A stretch of 64,000 bases of DNA from an uncultured Planctomycetota bacterium (GTDB taxonomy: Bacteria; Planctomycetota; Planctomycetia; Gemmatales; Gemmataceae): contig CAWKHF010000002.1 in the NCBI GenBank assembly GCA_963849325.1, forward strand, positions 320,001-384,000. The letters are read 5' to 3'. The first letter of the stretch is position 1. Each line of letters starts with the position of its first letter. The position numbers and the translations under genes are program-made. Below the pieces are notes generated by a model. It made no database searches. It was not told where the DNA came from and saw only the letters and a program-made list of their open reading frames with translations. Below are positions 28,231 to 43,429 of this stretch, piece after piece.

Positions 28231-31062
28231 GTGCCCGCACGCAAGAAGCAAGCGACCCCCGACGAAGCTCCGCCGGCGACCAGCCGCAAGAAAGCGTCCC
28301 CGTCCGGCAGCCGTTCGCGTCTCAGCACCAAACCGCGAGCGACCAACGGCAAGGGCAAGCAAAGACCTGGTCATCGTCGAATCGCCGGCCAAGGCCAAGA
28401 CGATCAACAAGTATCTCGGGTCGAACTTCAAGGTGCTGGCCAGCTACGGCCACGTCCGCGATCTGCCGCGCCGCCGCCGGCCCGGCGAGAAGATCGCCGG
28501 CGTGGACATCGACAAGGGCTGGGTGCCGACCTACGTCGTCGTCGATCGCGCCGAGTCCAACGGCAAGGGCGCGTCGCGGCGGCGCACGGCCAAGGACATC
28601 CTCGCTGAGCTGAAGCGCGAGGCGGCGAAGTCGAACCACATTTACCTGGCGACCGACCCTGACCGTGAGGGCGAGGCCATCGCCTGGCACATCGAGGACG
28701 CCCTGGGATTGGACGACGATCCGCGCGTCTTCCGCATCACCTTCAACGAGATCACGCGCTCGGCAGTGCAGCACGCCCTGGCCCAGCCGGGCAAGATCGA
28801 CATGGACCGCGTTCACGCCCAGGAGGCGCGGCGCATCCTCGATCGCGTCGTCGGCTATCCGCTGAGCAATCTGCTGAGCAAGAAGGTGGCGCGCCGCTCC
28901 AGCGCCGGTCGCGTGCAATCGGTGGCCCTGCGCCTGGTGGTCGATCGCGAGCGCGAGATCGAGGCGTTCGTGCCGACCGAATACTGGAAGATCCTCGCTT
29001 TGCTGGCTCCGACCGGCACAGTCTCCGTAACCCCAAAGCCATTCTCGATAGTGCCGGCGCAAGCGAAGGGAACCACGGCCGAGGCGAAGACCGAGGAGGG
29101 GGCCGAACCAAAGACGGCCAAGCCCGAACTGCCGCCGGGCTCGTTCCTCGCGGAGTTGGCCGAGTGGAACGGCAAAAAGTTCGAGGCCGCCAATGAGGAG
29201 ATGGCCACGGCTATCGCCCGCGCCCTCGACCAGGCGAAGTACGTCGTCGCCAAGCTGGAGCAGAAGGACCGCGCCGAGAGACCGCAAGCGCCGTTCACCA
29301 CGAGCACTTTGCAACAGCAAGCGTTCCTGCGGCTGCGCTTCAGCGGCGACCGCACCATGAAAGCGGCCCAGAAGCTGTATGAGGGCGTCGATCTGGGCAG
29401 CGAGGGTTCGGTGGCCCTCATCACCTACATGCGTACCGACAGCACGCGCGTCTCCGCCGACGCCCTGCAAGCCGTGCGCGGCGCACATCGACAGCCAGTA
29501 CGGCTCGAACTATGTGCCGGCCAGCCCGCACACCTACGCCTCGGGAAAGAGTGCTCAAGAAGCGCACGAGGCGATCCGGCCGACCGACCTGACCTACACG
29601 CCGGATCGCGTCGCCCGGCTCGGCCTGCACGGCGATCAGTTGCGGCTGTACACGCTGATCTATCAACGGTTCGTGGCCAGCCAGATGGCCGCGGCCGTGT
29701 TCGCCGTCACCAACGTGGAAGTGCTGGCCACGCCGTCCGACGACGCCCAGGGGCCGCGCGGTCTGCTCAAGGCGCAGGGCAAGGTGCTCAAGTTCGACGG
29801 CTATCGCAAGGTGTTGCCGCCGGCCGGCAAGCAGGAGGACGCCACGCTGCCGGCCCTGAGCGAGCAGCAAAAGCTCGATCGGCTGGACCTGACGGCCAGC
29901 CAGCACTTCACGCAGCCGCCGCCGCGCTACAACGAGGCGTCGCTGGTCAAGGCGCTGGAGAAGGAGGGCATCGGCCGGCCGAGCACCTACGCCACCATCA
30001 TCCACAAGATCACCTCGCCGGAGCGCGGCTACATCGAGGTCAAGGACCGCCGCTTCTACGCCACCCAGATCGGCAAGAACGTGACCGACCTGCTCATCGA
30101 GCACTTCCCGAAGGTCATGGACCTCAAGTTCACCAGCCATCTGGAGGAGGAATTGGATCAGATCGAGACGAAGCAGGCGCACTACAACGAGGTGCTCAAC
30201 GAGTTCTGGGGTCCGTTCTCCGAGGCGCTGAAATCGGCCGAGGACAAGATGCCGTCCCATCGCGGCGTCGAGACAGGCGAGACGTGCCCGCAGTGCGGCA
30301 AAGCCGCTGGTGCGCAACTACAGCAAAAAGACGCACCGTTACTTCGTCGGCTGTTCCGGCTTCAAGGAGGGCTGCAAGTACATCAAGCCGGAGGAGGGCG
30401 ACGAAGCGCGGCCGCAGCCGGTCGAGACGGAGTACAAGTGTCCGACCTGCGGCAAGACGATGCTGGAGCGCATGGGCAAGAGCGGGCCGTTCCTCGGTTG
30501 CAGCGGCTACCCGGAGTGCAAGACGACGATGAACTTCGGTCCCGACGGCCAGCCGGTGCTGTCGGCGGTGCCGACCGAGCACACCTGCGAGAAATGCGGT
30601 CAGCCGATGGTGATCCGGCAAGGCAAGCGCGGCCCATTTTTGGCCTGCACCGGCTATCCCAAGTGCAAGAACGCCAAGGACGTGGACGGCCAGGGCAACC
30701 CGGTCAAGCCGATCGACACCGGCATCGCCTGCGAGAAATGCGGCTCGCCGATGACGGTCAAGAAGGGTTTCCGCGGCCCGTTCCTGGGATGCAGCAACTA
30801 TCCCAAGTGCCGCAGCACCAAGCCGATTCCGCCGGAGATGAAGGAACAGCTCAAGGATTTGTTGCCGGCGCGGCGCCGAAGAAAGACGCTGCCGGACGTC
30901 AAGGTTGAGGAGCCGTGTCCGGAGTGCGGCGGGCCGATGAAGCTACGTCACGCTCGCAAGGGCTATTTTCTCGGCTGCGCCAAGTATCCCAAGTGCAAGG
31001 GCACGCGCGAGGCGTCGCCGGAATTGCTCGAACAGTTGCAGGAAGCCGGCGCGACGCCGTGA
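28231..31062 (+). CDS. topA: DNA topoisomerase I with five C-terminal zinc ribbons (frameshifts near 28360, 29480, 30300)
   Basis: LVIVESPAKAK, GHVRDL, ATDPDREGE, SAGRVQS, ITYMRTDS, QEAHEAIRP, GIGRPSTY. Confidence 0.97.
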
Positions 31063-31066
31063 GGCA

Positions 31067-31102
31067 AGTCGCTTGCGGCTTGACGCCAAGCCGCAAGCGG
31101 CT
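31067..31102. repeat. REP-like inverted repeat family C
   Basis: AGTCGCTTGCGGCTT-N-AAGCCGCAAGCGGCT after topA. Confidence 0.8.
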
Positions 31103-31107
31103 CAATC

Positions 31108-31567
31108 TTACGTTCCCGGATACAGGCTGTTGATCGTTAATTCGACTTGTTCGCGGTCACCGCGGAAGGTGGCGGTGAAGAATTGAAGGAAGCCGGCGAA
31201 GCCGAGCAGAGGCAGATGGAGCTTCGTGGGAGTGAAACCACCCAGGCCGGCCACTCTCGCCGTTCCATTCCATCGGTGATGCGCAAGGCAACCGGAGCGT
31301 AGCGAAGCGGAGCGTTCGCCAGGGTCGCCGTGCCGCCTGGCCAGCGGGGGCGTGCGGTCAGATCCAGACCGATGCGCGCCGCCACGATCTTCGGGGAATA
31401 CCGTATCATCCGCGCCGGTATCGAGAAGTCCTTCCAGAGCGGATGCGTCCGCTCGGGCCAACCACGCGAAACGAGTAATCAAAGGGCGTGGACGGGACCA
31501 TCGCCCTCCGAGCGACACGACAGCGTGAGGAACAGCGATGATCTGTGTAGGGGAACAGAAGGCTCAT
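31108..31567 (-). CDS. Retropepsin-like aspartyl protease (several frameshifts)
   Basis: LLDTGADDTVFP catalytic motif and LLGFAGFLQFF motif. Confidence 0.75.
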
Positions 31568-31818
31568 CAAATGCAAGCTCACGTCGGGAGGATCGATATA
31601 GGCGTGGACGACTTGGCTGAAATGAATTCCCGCTGCCTCCAGCGTGGCATCGAGTTCTTCCAGCGTATCGCCGCTGGCCAGGATGCGCGTGCCGTCCGGG
31701 CTGAACGCCACGTGCTTCCCCCAGTACTTCGCCAATTCTTCCAGACGGGAACTTGACTCCGGTTCTCCTCGTAATGACTCAGATCGGGCGGTTCCATTCT
31801 CTCGCCGTTGCTGCTCAT
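31566..31818 (-). CDS. DUF5678-like small protein (frameshifted)
   Basis: L.KYWGKHVAFSPDGTRILASGDTLEEL; TGATG overlap with the protease start. Confidence 0.65.
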
Positions 31819-31908
31819 GAGATGGTCACTCCTGCAACGACGGTGACCGGGAAACGACTGCTCTCCTCGCCATTGTAACCTTCGACTCTCCTCCGGCCGC
31901 AGATCGAC

Positions 31909-32694
31909 TCATTCTCCGCCGCGACGCTCCCATTCATCCAGTTCGCGCAAACGGCGATCCGCATCGAAAACCGGCGGCGGCAGCGCCTCGGCCAAGCGCA
32001 GCGCCTCCGCTTCGCTCAGCCCTTGCTTCGCCGAGCCGGAGCCGCGGAAGATCGGCAGCCCGCGACGCAGGGCAATGATCTCGCGCCGTGTCCGTCCCTT
32101 CGGCGCATCCGGCCAGCGGCCGATGCGCTCGTGAAAATCGAAGAACACCGGCACGATCTCGCGGAGGTAGCGCCAGTAGCCGGGATTGTCGGTCTGGATG
32201 AAGAACAGGCCGCCGGGCACCAGCGCGCGGTACACGAGGGCGAGAAAGCTCGGCGTGATGAGACGCAAGTGGGCCTGGCCCGGCTCGTAGTACGGCTGCG
32301 GGTGATAGCAGTGGATTTCGGCGGCGCGGTGCGGCGGCAGATAGCGCTGGAGCAGGCGGACGGCGTCGGTGACGGCGAAGCGGATGTTCGTCAGGCCGCG
32401 CTGGTTGGCGCGGCGCGTGGCGTAGCGGATGACGACGGGCAGGACGTCGATGCCGAGGTGATCGTGGTCGCGGCGCCAGACGGCGCTGCCGAGCAGGAAG
32501 CGGCCGTTGCCGCAGCCGAGATCGACGACCAGCGGGGCGGAACGCCCGAACAGGGCGGACAAGTCGAGCGGGCCCTCGACGGGGAGTTTCTTGAGGGCGG
32601 TCTGCGTCCACTGGCCCGGGTCGAGGATTTCGCCGGCGAACGGCACGCCGAACTCGCGCTCGATGTGCCGGCGTTTCTTCTTGTCGTCCGGCAT
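31909..32694 (-). CDS. trmB: tRNA (guanine-N7)-methyltransferase
   Basis: VDLGCGNGRFL, LGID, LTNIRF, HPQP, LVPGGLFFIQTDN. Confidence 0.82.
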   Translation of the reverse strand: MPDDKKKRRHIEREFGVPFAGEILDPGQWTQTALKKLPVEGPLDLSALFGRSAPLVVDLGCGNGRFLLGSAVWRRDHDHLGIDVLPVVIRYATRRANQRGLTNIRFAVTDAVRLLQRYLPPHRAAEIHCYHPQPYYEPGQAHLRLITPSFLALVYRALVPGGLFFIQTDNPGYWRYLREIVPVFFDFHERIGRWPDAPKGRTRREIIALRRGLPIFRGSGSAKQGLSEAEALRLAEALPPPVFDADRRLRELDEWERRGGE

Positions 32695-32698
32695 GGCG

Positions 32699-33504
<806 letters not shown>

Positions 33505-33517
33505 GGTATGGATGATA

Positions 33518-34779
<1,262 letters not shown>

Positions 34780-34963
34780 GATGTTCTCGTGGGAACGGAG
34801 GTCCATCGGTGCGTACTGTAAGCCTAGCCGTGCGCGCGTCGAGGTCAAGCCGGCTGCCTGGGAGAAGGTTAACGAGGAGAGCTTCCGATTGGCGCGGCCG
34901 TTCCCACCTTTCCCCACTTTCGGGTCGGCGCACGGCAGGGTCTCGGATTTCGGCGCTTCCCGG

Positions 34964-34993
34964 TTGCGGCGCCAAGGATTCGCCGGATACAGT
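34964..34993 (+). promoter_or_regulatory. Putative sigma70 promoter of the RM/helicase island
   Basis: TTGCGG-N18-TACAGT, 30 nt before ATG 35024. Confidence 0.4.
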
Positions 34994-35023
34994 ATCACTA
35001 AAACTTCCACGCGAAGGATAGCC

Positions 35024-36310
35024 ATGCCTGCCGAAAAGTCGCTCGATGAACTGATCGCGCACAAGGCGATCGAATTTGCCGATCAGATCAAGAAGGCCGC
35101 CGGCATGGCGGACAAGGAAGAGGAAATCCGCATCGAGGTCGAGAAACAGCTGGCCTTCATCCAAAAGGAAGCCGGCGTCGAACTGCACGGCAAACACGAA
35201 TTCACCGTGGCCAAGGGCCGGGTGGATTCCGTCTATTCGCGCGTTCTGATCGAATACAAGAACCCCAGCGATCCCTCCGCTCGCATCGGTCCCAAGGCCG
35301 ACTCTCCCGGCAGCAAGAAGGTCGTCGAGCAGATCAAAAGCCGATTCCGCGGCATGAAGGACGAACACAGGCACCCGTTGGGCTCGCTCTTCGGCGTCGG
35401 ACTCGACGGCAAATACTTTATCTTCGTCCGTTTCCGCGATGGGGCCTGGCAAGTGCAGGAGCCGGCCGAGGTCAACCGTCACTCGGCCGAGCGCTTCCTG
35501 TGGGCGCTCTTCAATCTAGGCCAGAAGGGCAAGCCGTTCTCGCCGGAATACCTCGCCGGCGACTTCGGGGCCAACGAAGCCTCCATCGCCGTCCCCGGCG
35601 TCCATGCCCTCTACGACGCCATCCTCGCCGCCGACCACCCCAAGGCCCACACCTTTTTCAACCAGTGGAAGATCCTCTTCGGCGAGGTTTGCGGCTACGA
35701 CGTGGACAACCCGTCGGACAAGGTCAAGAAACTGGCCGATTCCTATGGCATCGCCTTGAAGGGCCTCAAGCCGGCCGAGCTGCTCTTCTCCCTGCACAGC
35801 TACTACGCGCTGTTCATGAAGCTGCTGGCGGCGGAGACCGTCGCCTTCTTCCACCGCGGACTACTCAAGAGCCAGGTGCAAAAACTGCTTCAGGCCGGCA
35901 CCAGCCAGAAGTTGAAACGCGAACTGGAAGAGCTGGAGGCCGGCAGCATCTTCCGTCACCTCAACATCACCAACTTCCTCGAAGGCGACCTGTTCGCCTG
36001 GTACACCTCCGTCTGGTCCGATGCCATTGAGAAGCTGGTCCGCGACATGATGACGCGCCTGGATAACTACAATCCGGGCACCCTTTCCGAAGACCCGGTG
36101 ACCAGCCGCGATCTGCTCAAGAAGCTCTATCAGCAGCTTTTCCCCAAAAGCGTCCGCCACGACCTCGGCGAATACTACACTCCCGACTGGCTGGCCGAGC
36201 ACGTCCTCAACGAGCTGGGCTACGAGGGCGACCCGGACAAGCGGTTGCTCGATCCGGCGTGCGGCTCCGGCACCTTCCTGGTCATGGCGATCAATCGCAT
36301 CAAGAAACTG
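35024..36310 (+). pseudogene. 5' half of a type IIG-like restriction-modification enzyme (nuclease plus N6-MTase), truncated
   Basis: GRVD...IEYK PD-(D/E)xK-like motif, LGEYYTP, LLDPACGSGTFL; no NPP(Y/W) motif or recognition domain follows. Confidence 0.8.
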
Positions 36311-36323
36311 ATGAGGCCGAATA

Positions 36324-39108
36324 GTGTCCAACGGATCTCCCACTACATCCTTCATCGAAGGCGCCGTCGTCCGCAGCACGAGCGCGCTGTACAAGCCCTA
36401 CGGCATAGGCCGGGTAATGAAGGTGCGCGCCGAGCAGGCCAAGGTCGAGTTCAATCCCTCCGTCTTCATGTCGCCGCCCTACCGCTCCGAAAATAAGATC
36501 CTGCACTTCGCGGAGATGGAGCGCGTCGATTCGCCGCTGGACCGGGCGCGAGGGGGACAGTGGGACGAACCGTGGCGGTTTGAGCTGAAGATGCAAGCGG
36601 CCCGTTTCCTCTGCGGCAACAAGGGCGGGCAGCTCGGCAACGCTCGCACGGAGATCCTACCCCACCAGATCTTCGCCGCACACCGCGTTGTTTCCAGCCC
36701 ACGACGCCGCTTCCTGCTGGCCGACGAGGTCGGCCTCGGCAAGACCATTGAGGCGGGCATGATCTGGCAGGCGCTGTATCAGCGCGGTCAGGCCAAGCGC
36801 ACTCTCATCATCACGCCGGCCGGACTGACTACGCAATGGCAGGAGGAAATGCAGGACAAATTCGGGGCGACATTTGAAATCTTCGGCCGCGACTTCCTCG
36901 CCGTCAACCCGCGCGCTGGAGCTACCGCGCGGCGGCCATCGCCTCGCTGGACCGTCTCAAACGCCCCGAACACAAACGCATCCTGCTCGAAAACCGCAAG
37001 TGAGACCTCATCATCTTCGACGAGGCCCATCGCCTCAGCGCCCTCGATTACGCCTCCGGCAAGGTCGAGAAGACGCTGAATTACCGCCTCGCCGAGGAAA
37101 TCCGCCAACATCATTACAGCGAGGCGTTGTTGCTGCTGACGGCCACGCCGCACCAGGGCGAGGAAAACCATAGCCGCTTCAAGAACCTGCTGTCCCTGCT
37201 CGATGAGGATCTCGACTTCAGCGCTCTGGAGCACATGCCGCTTTTCGCCGGCAGCGGCAAGAAGTTCACCGACTTCATCATCCGCACGCCCAAGAAGGAC
37301 GTGACCGACGCGCAGGGCCATAAGGTCTTCAAGGGCCGCAAGACGCATCGGCTGCGCTGCCGGCCCTATCCCGCCGAGGCGCGTTTTTATCAGGCCGTCG
37401 CCGACTACCTTCGCCACGGCTACCGCATGTTGGAGCGCGTCAACGATCCAACCCGCCGCGCGCGGCGGGCTTCTTGTTGACCACCTTCCAGAAACTGAAT
37501 GCCAGCTCGACAGCCGCCATCCGCGCCGCGTTGTCGGGGCGGCTCCAGCGCTTGCAAGGTGCACTCGACGCTCTGCCGGACTCGGAAGAAGAGGACGACG
37601 CCTTTGACGAACGTTACCAGGGCGAACAGGAAGAACAGGCCGTCCTCAAGGACGACCGCGAAATCCTCGACGACGAACGATCGACCCTGGAAGGACTGCT
37701 GGCCATGCCCGTCAAACGGGACCGCAAGCTCGACGAACTGGTGCGGCTGATCGACCACATCGGCCGGGAAAGTCCTCGCGGTTCGGAAGAGAAAGTCTTG
37801 ATCTTCACCGAGTACCGCGAAACCCAGCGCTATCTGGTGCGGGAGCTGGAAGCGAAGCACGGCGCGGGGTCGGTCGTCGTCATCCACGGCGGCATGAAAC
37901 TGGAGCGCACCGGCGAGGCGGAGCAGGACCTCGACCACCTATGGGCTCCGTTGTCCCGAGACGGCGCGATGGCGACGCCGGCGACCAAGCGCTCGAGCCA
38001 ACGGCTTTTCCGCGACCATCCGCGGGTGCGCTTCCTGGTCTCGACCGAGGCCGGGGGAGAGGGGATCAACCTTCAGTTCTGCCATGTCTGTGTCAATTAC
38101 GATTTACCGTGGAACCCGATGCGGGTCGAACAGCGCGTCGGCCGAGTTTATCGCTTCGGTCAGGACAAGGTTGTGCAGGTCTACCACCTGTTCAACAAGT
38201 CCACGATCGAGGAAGTGGTGCAGACGTACTTCGAGGACCGCTTGCGGCGTGCGGCGACGGCCCTCGCCAAGGTGACGGGCGAGGATGCGGAAGAAATCCA
38301 GGGCGCTCTCAGCGGCCAACTCGAAAGCGAAATCGAGCCGACGCGGATTTACCAGCGTGCCTTGGTCGAGGGCGACCTCAACCAGCAGACGCAGAAAGAG
38401 ATCGCGGAGGCGGTGGAACGGGCGCGGCGGGCGTATGAGATCGCGACGCGGAGCCTGTTCCGCGACGTATCGCGTTACTCGTTCGACCACTACCAGCGGG
38501 AACTGGCCGCAGACCTGACGTTGACGGACCTGGAGCACTTCACCGAACGGTTCCTGGCCGCCCATCGCCGTCAGTTGCAACGGAAGGAGGCGTTTGTCGA
38601 ATTTATCGTCCCGGACGTGCTTCAGTCCGCGGGACTGCCGCAACGGTATCGGCGGGCGACCTTCGACCGCGAAGGGGCCATTCAGCGTTCGGATGTGGAG
38701 TTCTTGGCGCTGGGCCATCCCTTCGTGGACGCCATGCTGGCTTGCGTGGGCTCCTATGATTTCGGTGGACTGACGGCGGTTCGCCACATCTCAGAGCCGA
38801 GCTTGGCGGGCCGAGCCGGACATTTATTCCTCTTCATCGTTCGCCGGCGGATCGCGCACGAAGACGGCGACGAATGCCTCTTTTAGTTCCATCCCGTCTT
38901 CGTCCGCGCGGATGGTCACGTCGATGAGGAAGCGGTTGGCCCCGCTGTGGAGCGAAGCGGGGACGATGCGGTTTCGCTCCCGGGGGACAGGGCCGATGTC
39001 CAGGCGGCCTTTGGACTGGCCAAGCAATACTTGGAGCGGCAGGCAGGGGTCTGGAGTTGGGAGGATGACGTTGAGTTCCTGGGATTGAGTTGGGTCCAGT
39101 TTGGCTGA
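36324..39108 (+). pseudogene. SNF2-family helicase (RapA/DrmD-like) with nonsense codons and frameshifts
   Basis: [55 protein letters not shown]; in-frame TGA 37001 and TAG 38884. Confidence 0.85.
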
Positions 39109-39109
39109 G

Positions 39110-39177
39110 CCGAGCCGCGACCGTTCGGGAGCGGAGTTTCTACGTCGAGATACCGAGCCGCGACCGTTCGGGAGTGG
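39110..39177 (+). repeat. Direct pair of CCGAGCCGCGACCGTTCGGGAG(C/T)GG REP-like units
   Basis: Copies at 39110-39134 and 39153-39177 at the island's right edge. Confidence 0.8.
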
Positions 39178-39231
39178 TACTCGATGGCCTCCCTTGTTGG
39201 TTCGCTCCGCGAGAAGAAGATAAGGAGAACT

Positions 39232-40415
39232 TCAAATCCCTCCGCCGGCGGCGAACTCCAGCTCGACGTTCGAGCGGCGCTCGCGTGTTCTCCTCGGCGT
39301 AGGCGTTCATGTCGTACAGCAGTGTCTCGGCATCGCCGCGCTGGGCCTGCGCCGCCAGACCGGCGCTCGACGCGCACGGGGATCGGCCGGCTGTGGTGGA
39401 TCAGATAACCGCCATGAAGAGGATCGTGCTGTGACGGCTGGGTTCGACCGCTCGTCGAGACGGCGCGGGTCAGCAGGGAATACTCGCCGGGTTCGGCCGC
39501 CTCCCAGAGATACTCCCACAACGTCCAGCAATAGGGCGTGCGCGGACCAATCAACTCGGCGTCGCTCCAATTCCGGCCGCCGTCGATACTGACCTCGACG
39601 CGCGCCACCGCTTCCTCGCCGGCCCAGGCCACGCCGAACAGGCGGTTGGTGCCGACGCCCAGTTCCGCCCCCGCCGAGGGACGAATCAGCTCCGACTTGA
39701 CGGCCATCGGCCCGACCACGACCGTTTCCAGGCCGCTCGGCGCGGCGCGGCGGACGGTGTACTTTACGCTCTGGTAATAGCCGTGGAAGGGGCGGTCGAG
39801 CACCTCGATGCGCCGCAGCCATTTCACTGATGAAACGCCGTACCAGCCAGGCACGAACAGCCGCAGAGGAAAGCCGTGACTGGCGCTGAGCAGTTCGCCG
39901 TTCATGTGCGTGGCCAGCAGCGTGTCGCGGTCGAGCGCCTTGGCCAAGGGAAGACTGCGGGCGAAATACATCGGCTCGGGGTGGTCCGACTCGCTGCCTT
40001 GGTCGCAGCCCTCGAACAGGATCTCGACCGCGTTGGGACGGATGCCGGCTTGCTCCAGGAGACGGAACAGCGGCACGCCCGTCCATTCGGCGTGGCCGAT
40101 CGCGCCGGCGCCCCATTGCACGCCGGCGGCCTTCTGTTGCAGGAAGGAGCGGCCGTTGCCGGCACATTCGACGGTGGCGAACACACTTCGCGGCGGCAGA
40201 GCGAGTAGCTGCTCCCAGGTCCATTCGGCGGGCCGAGCGACGCTGCCCTCGATGCGCAGCCGCCACGACGGCAAATCGATGACGGGCGCCTCGAAGTGAT
40301 TGCGAACGAAAAACAGGCAGTTGGGCGTGACCCAACCGCGAAGACCCTCCAGGGGCGTCTCGCTGTTCTCCGGCGCGGTCGTCACGACCTTGCGCGTCTC
40401 CCGATTGTCGGCCAT
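39232..40415 (-). CDS. Sulfite oxidase-family molybdopterin oxidoreductase (C-terminal frameshifts)
   Basis: FFVRNH, ECAGNGR, WTGV, FARSLP, HGFPLRL.VPGWYG..SVKWL. Confidence 0.92.
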
Positions 40416-40523
40416 ACTTTACCTCCCCATAGCGGCGAGCGAAGACGCCCCAAGTAACCGAGGTGGTGCGCCCTTAGCCCCTGCCTTATAATCTTAGCGA
40501 TGAAACCGAGGGCGAGGTGATCC

Positions 40524-41447
40524 GTGCCGGAATTGCCGGAAGTCGAAACCGTTGTCCGCGATCTGCAGCCGTGCCTGGTCGGCCGACGGCTGACGGCCGT
40601 GAAGCAGACTAGCCGGCACGCCCTGCGCCGGCCCTGGCGGCCGGCCTGGAGCGCCGAGGTCGCCGGGCGGCACGTCAAGGGAGTCGAACGGCGCGGCAAG
40701 TGGATCCTCGTGAGAATTGAAGGGGAAAAGACGCTCGTCTTCCACCTGGGCATGACCGGGCAATTGACCGTCACGCCGGCGGCCGCGCCCGTCGCCACGC
40801 ACACGCACTTGATCTTCCCGCTCGACGACGGCGAACAGCAATTGCGTTTCCGCGACATCCGCCGATTCGGCAGCGCTACCTTGTTCCGCGACCGACCGAC
40901 GCTGGAGGACTTTTTCGTCCAGGCGGGCCTGGGGCCGGAGCCGTTCGACCTGCCGGCCTCCTACTGGCGCGAGCGCTTGCGGGGAAGCCGGCGTTGTCTC
41001 AAGGCGGTGCTGCTCGACCAGGGCGTGGTGGCCGGCGTCGGCAACATCTACGCCGACGAATCGCTGTTCCAGGCCCGCTTGCATCCGGCCCGGCCGGCCT
41101 GCGACCTCGACGACGCCGAGGCCGACCGCTTACGCCGCGCTGTCGCCACCGTGCTGCGACGAGCCATCGAACAACGCGGGTCGAGCATCCGCGACTACGT
41201 CGGCGGTTCGGGGTTGCGAGGCGAATATCAAAACGAGTTCCGCGTCTACGGCCGTACCGGCGAGCCGTGTCCGCGCTGCGGCGCCGCCGTCGCCTGCCTT
41301 CGCCTCGGCGGACGTTCCTCCCACTTTTGTCCACAGTGTCAAAAATCAATCACCACGGAAAACACGGAAAACACGGAAAAAGATAAAAAAGATAAAAAAG
41401 GCAAAAATAACCGGAAACTCATTCGAGATAGATCGATGATTGATTGA
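40524..41447 (+). CDS. mutM: Formamidopyrimidine-DNA glycosylase
   Basis: MPELPEVE, RRGK, HLGMTG, GVGNIYADE, CPRC...CPQCQ; TATAAT at 40487. Confidence 0.97.
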   Translation: MPELPEVETVVRDLQPCLVGRRLTAVKQTSRHALRRPWRPAWSAEVAGRHVKGVERRGKWILVRIEGEKTLVFHLGMTGQLTVTPAAAPVATHTHLIFPLDDGEQQLRFRDIRRFGSATLFRDRPTLEDFFVQAGLGPEPFDLPASYWRERLRGSRRCLKAVLLDQGVVAGVGNIYADESLFQARLHPARPACDLDDAEADRLRRAVATVLRRAIEQRGSSIRDYVGGSGLRGEYQNEFRVYGRTGEPCPRCGAAVACLRLGGRSSHFCPQCQKSITTENTENTEKDKKDKKGKNNRKLIRDRSMID

Positions 41448-41484
41448 TCTGTCTTTTCTTTTTCCGTGTTTTCCGTGGTGATTG
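41347..41484. repeat. AT-rich inverted repeat of tandem 9-mers (CACGGAAAA)
   Basis: CACCACGGAAAACACGGAAAACACGGAAAAAGA ... TCTTTTTCCGTGTTTTCCGTGGTG. Confidence 0.88.
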
Positions 41485-41500
41485 GTTTTGAGAGAGTCGT

Positions 41501-43278
<1,778 letters not shown>

Positions 43279-43330
43279 GACCGCGCGTAGTCCGGTTGTA
43301 CTCTCTCTCCCCGTCAATTCTTGCGACGAT

Positions 43331-43346
43331 CGGTATCACTTTTGCT
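43331..43346 (+). promoter_or_regulatory. Putative sigma54 promoter
   Basis: CGGTATCACTTTTGCT, exact GG-N10-GC, 85 nt upstream of ATG 43430. Confidence 0.5.
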
Positions 43347-43429
43347 GCTTAAATCCTTTGGGGAGCGGGGGCGAAAGAGACGGATGGCCCCCGGACTCGG
43401 CTTGATTTCAACCGTGAAGGAGGCATCCC

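Noticed and set aside
34780-35020. trp attenuator or T-box upstream of trpB
   Set aside because: No Trp-rich leader peptide, T-box consensus or terminator/antiterminator pair visible
37001-38886. Selenocysteine/pyrrolysine or alternative-code readthrough in the SNF2 gene
   Set aside because: The TGA replaces a typical Trp, not Cys; TGA and TAG are normal stops across the window; the neighbouring gene is also broken
35024-39108. Complete DISARM or BREX system
   Set aside because: No drmA/drmB/drmC or brxC/pglZ genes in the window and the MTase is truncated
39110-39177. Mini-CRISPR or attachment site at the island edge
   Set aside because: Only two units with an 18-nt gap, related to the REP at 16588; no matching copy found at the left island boundary and no integrase
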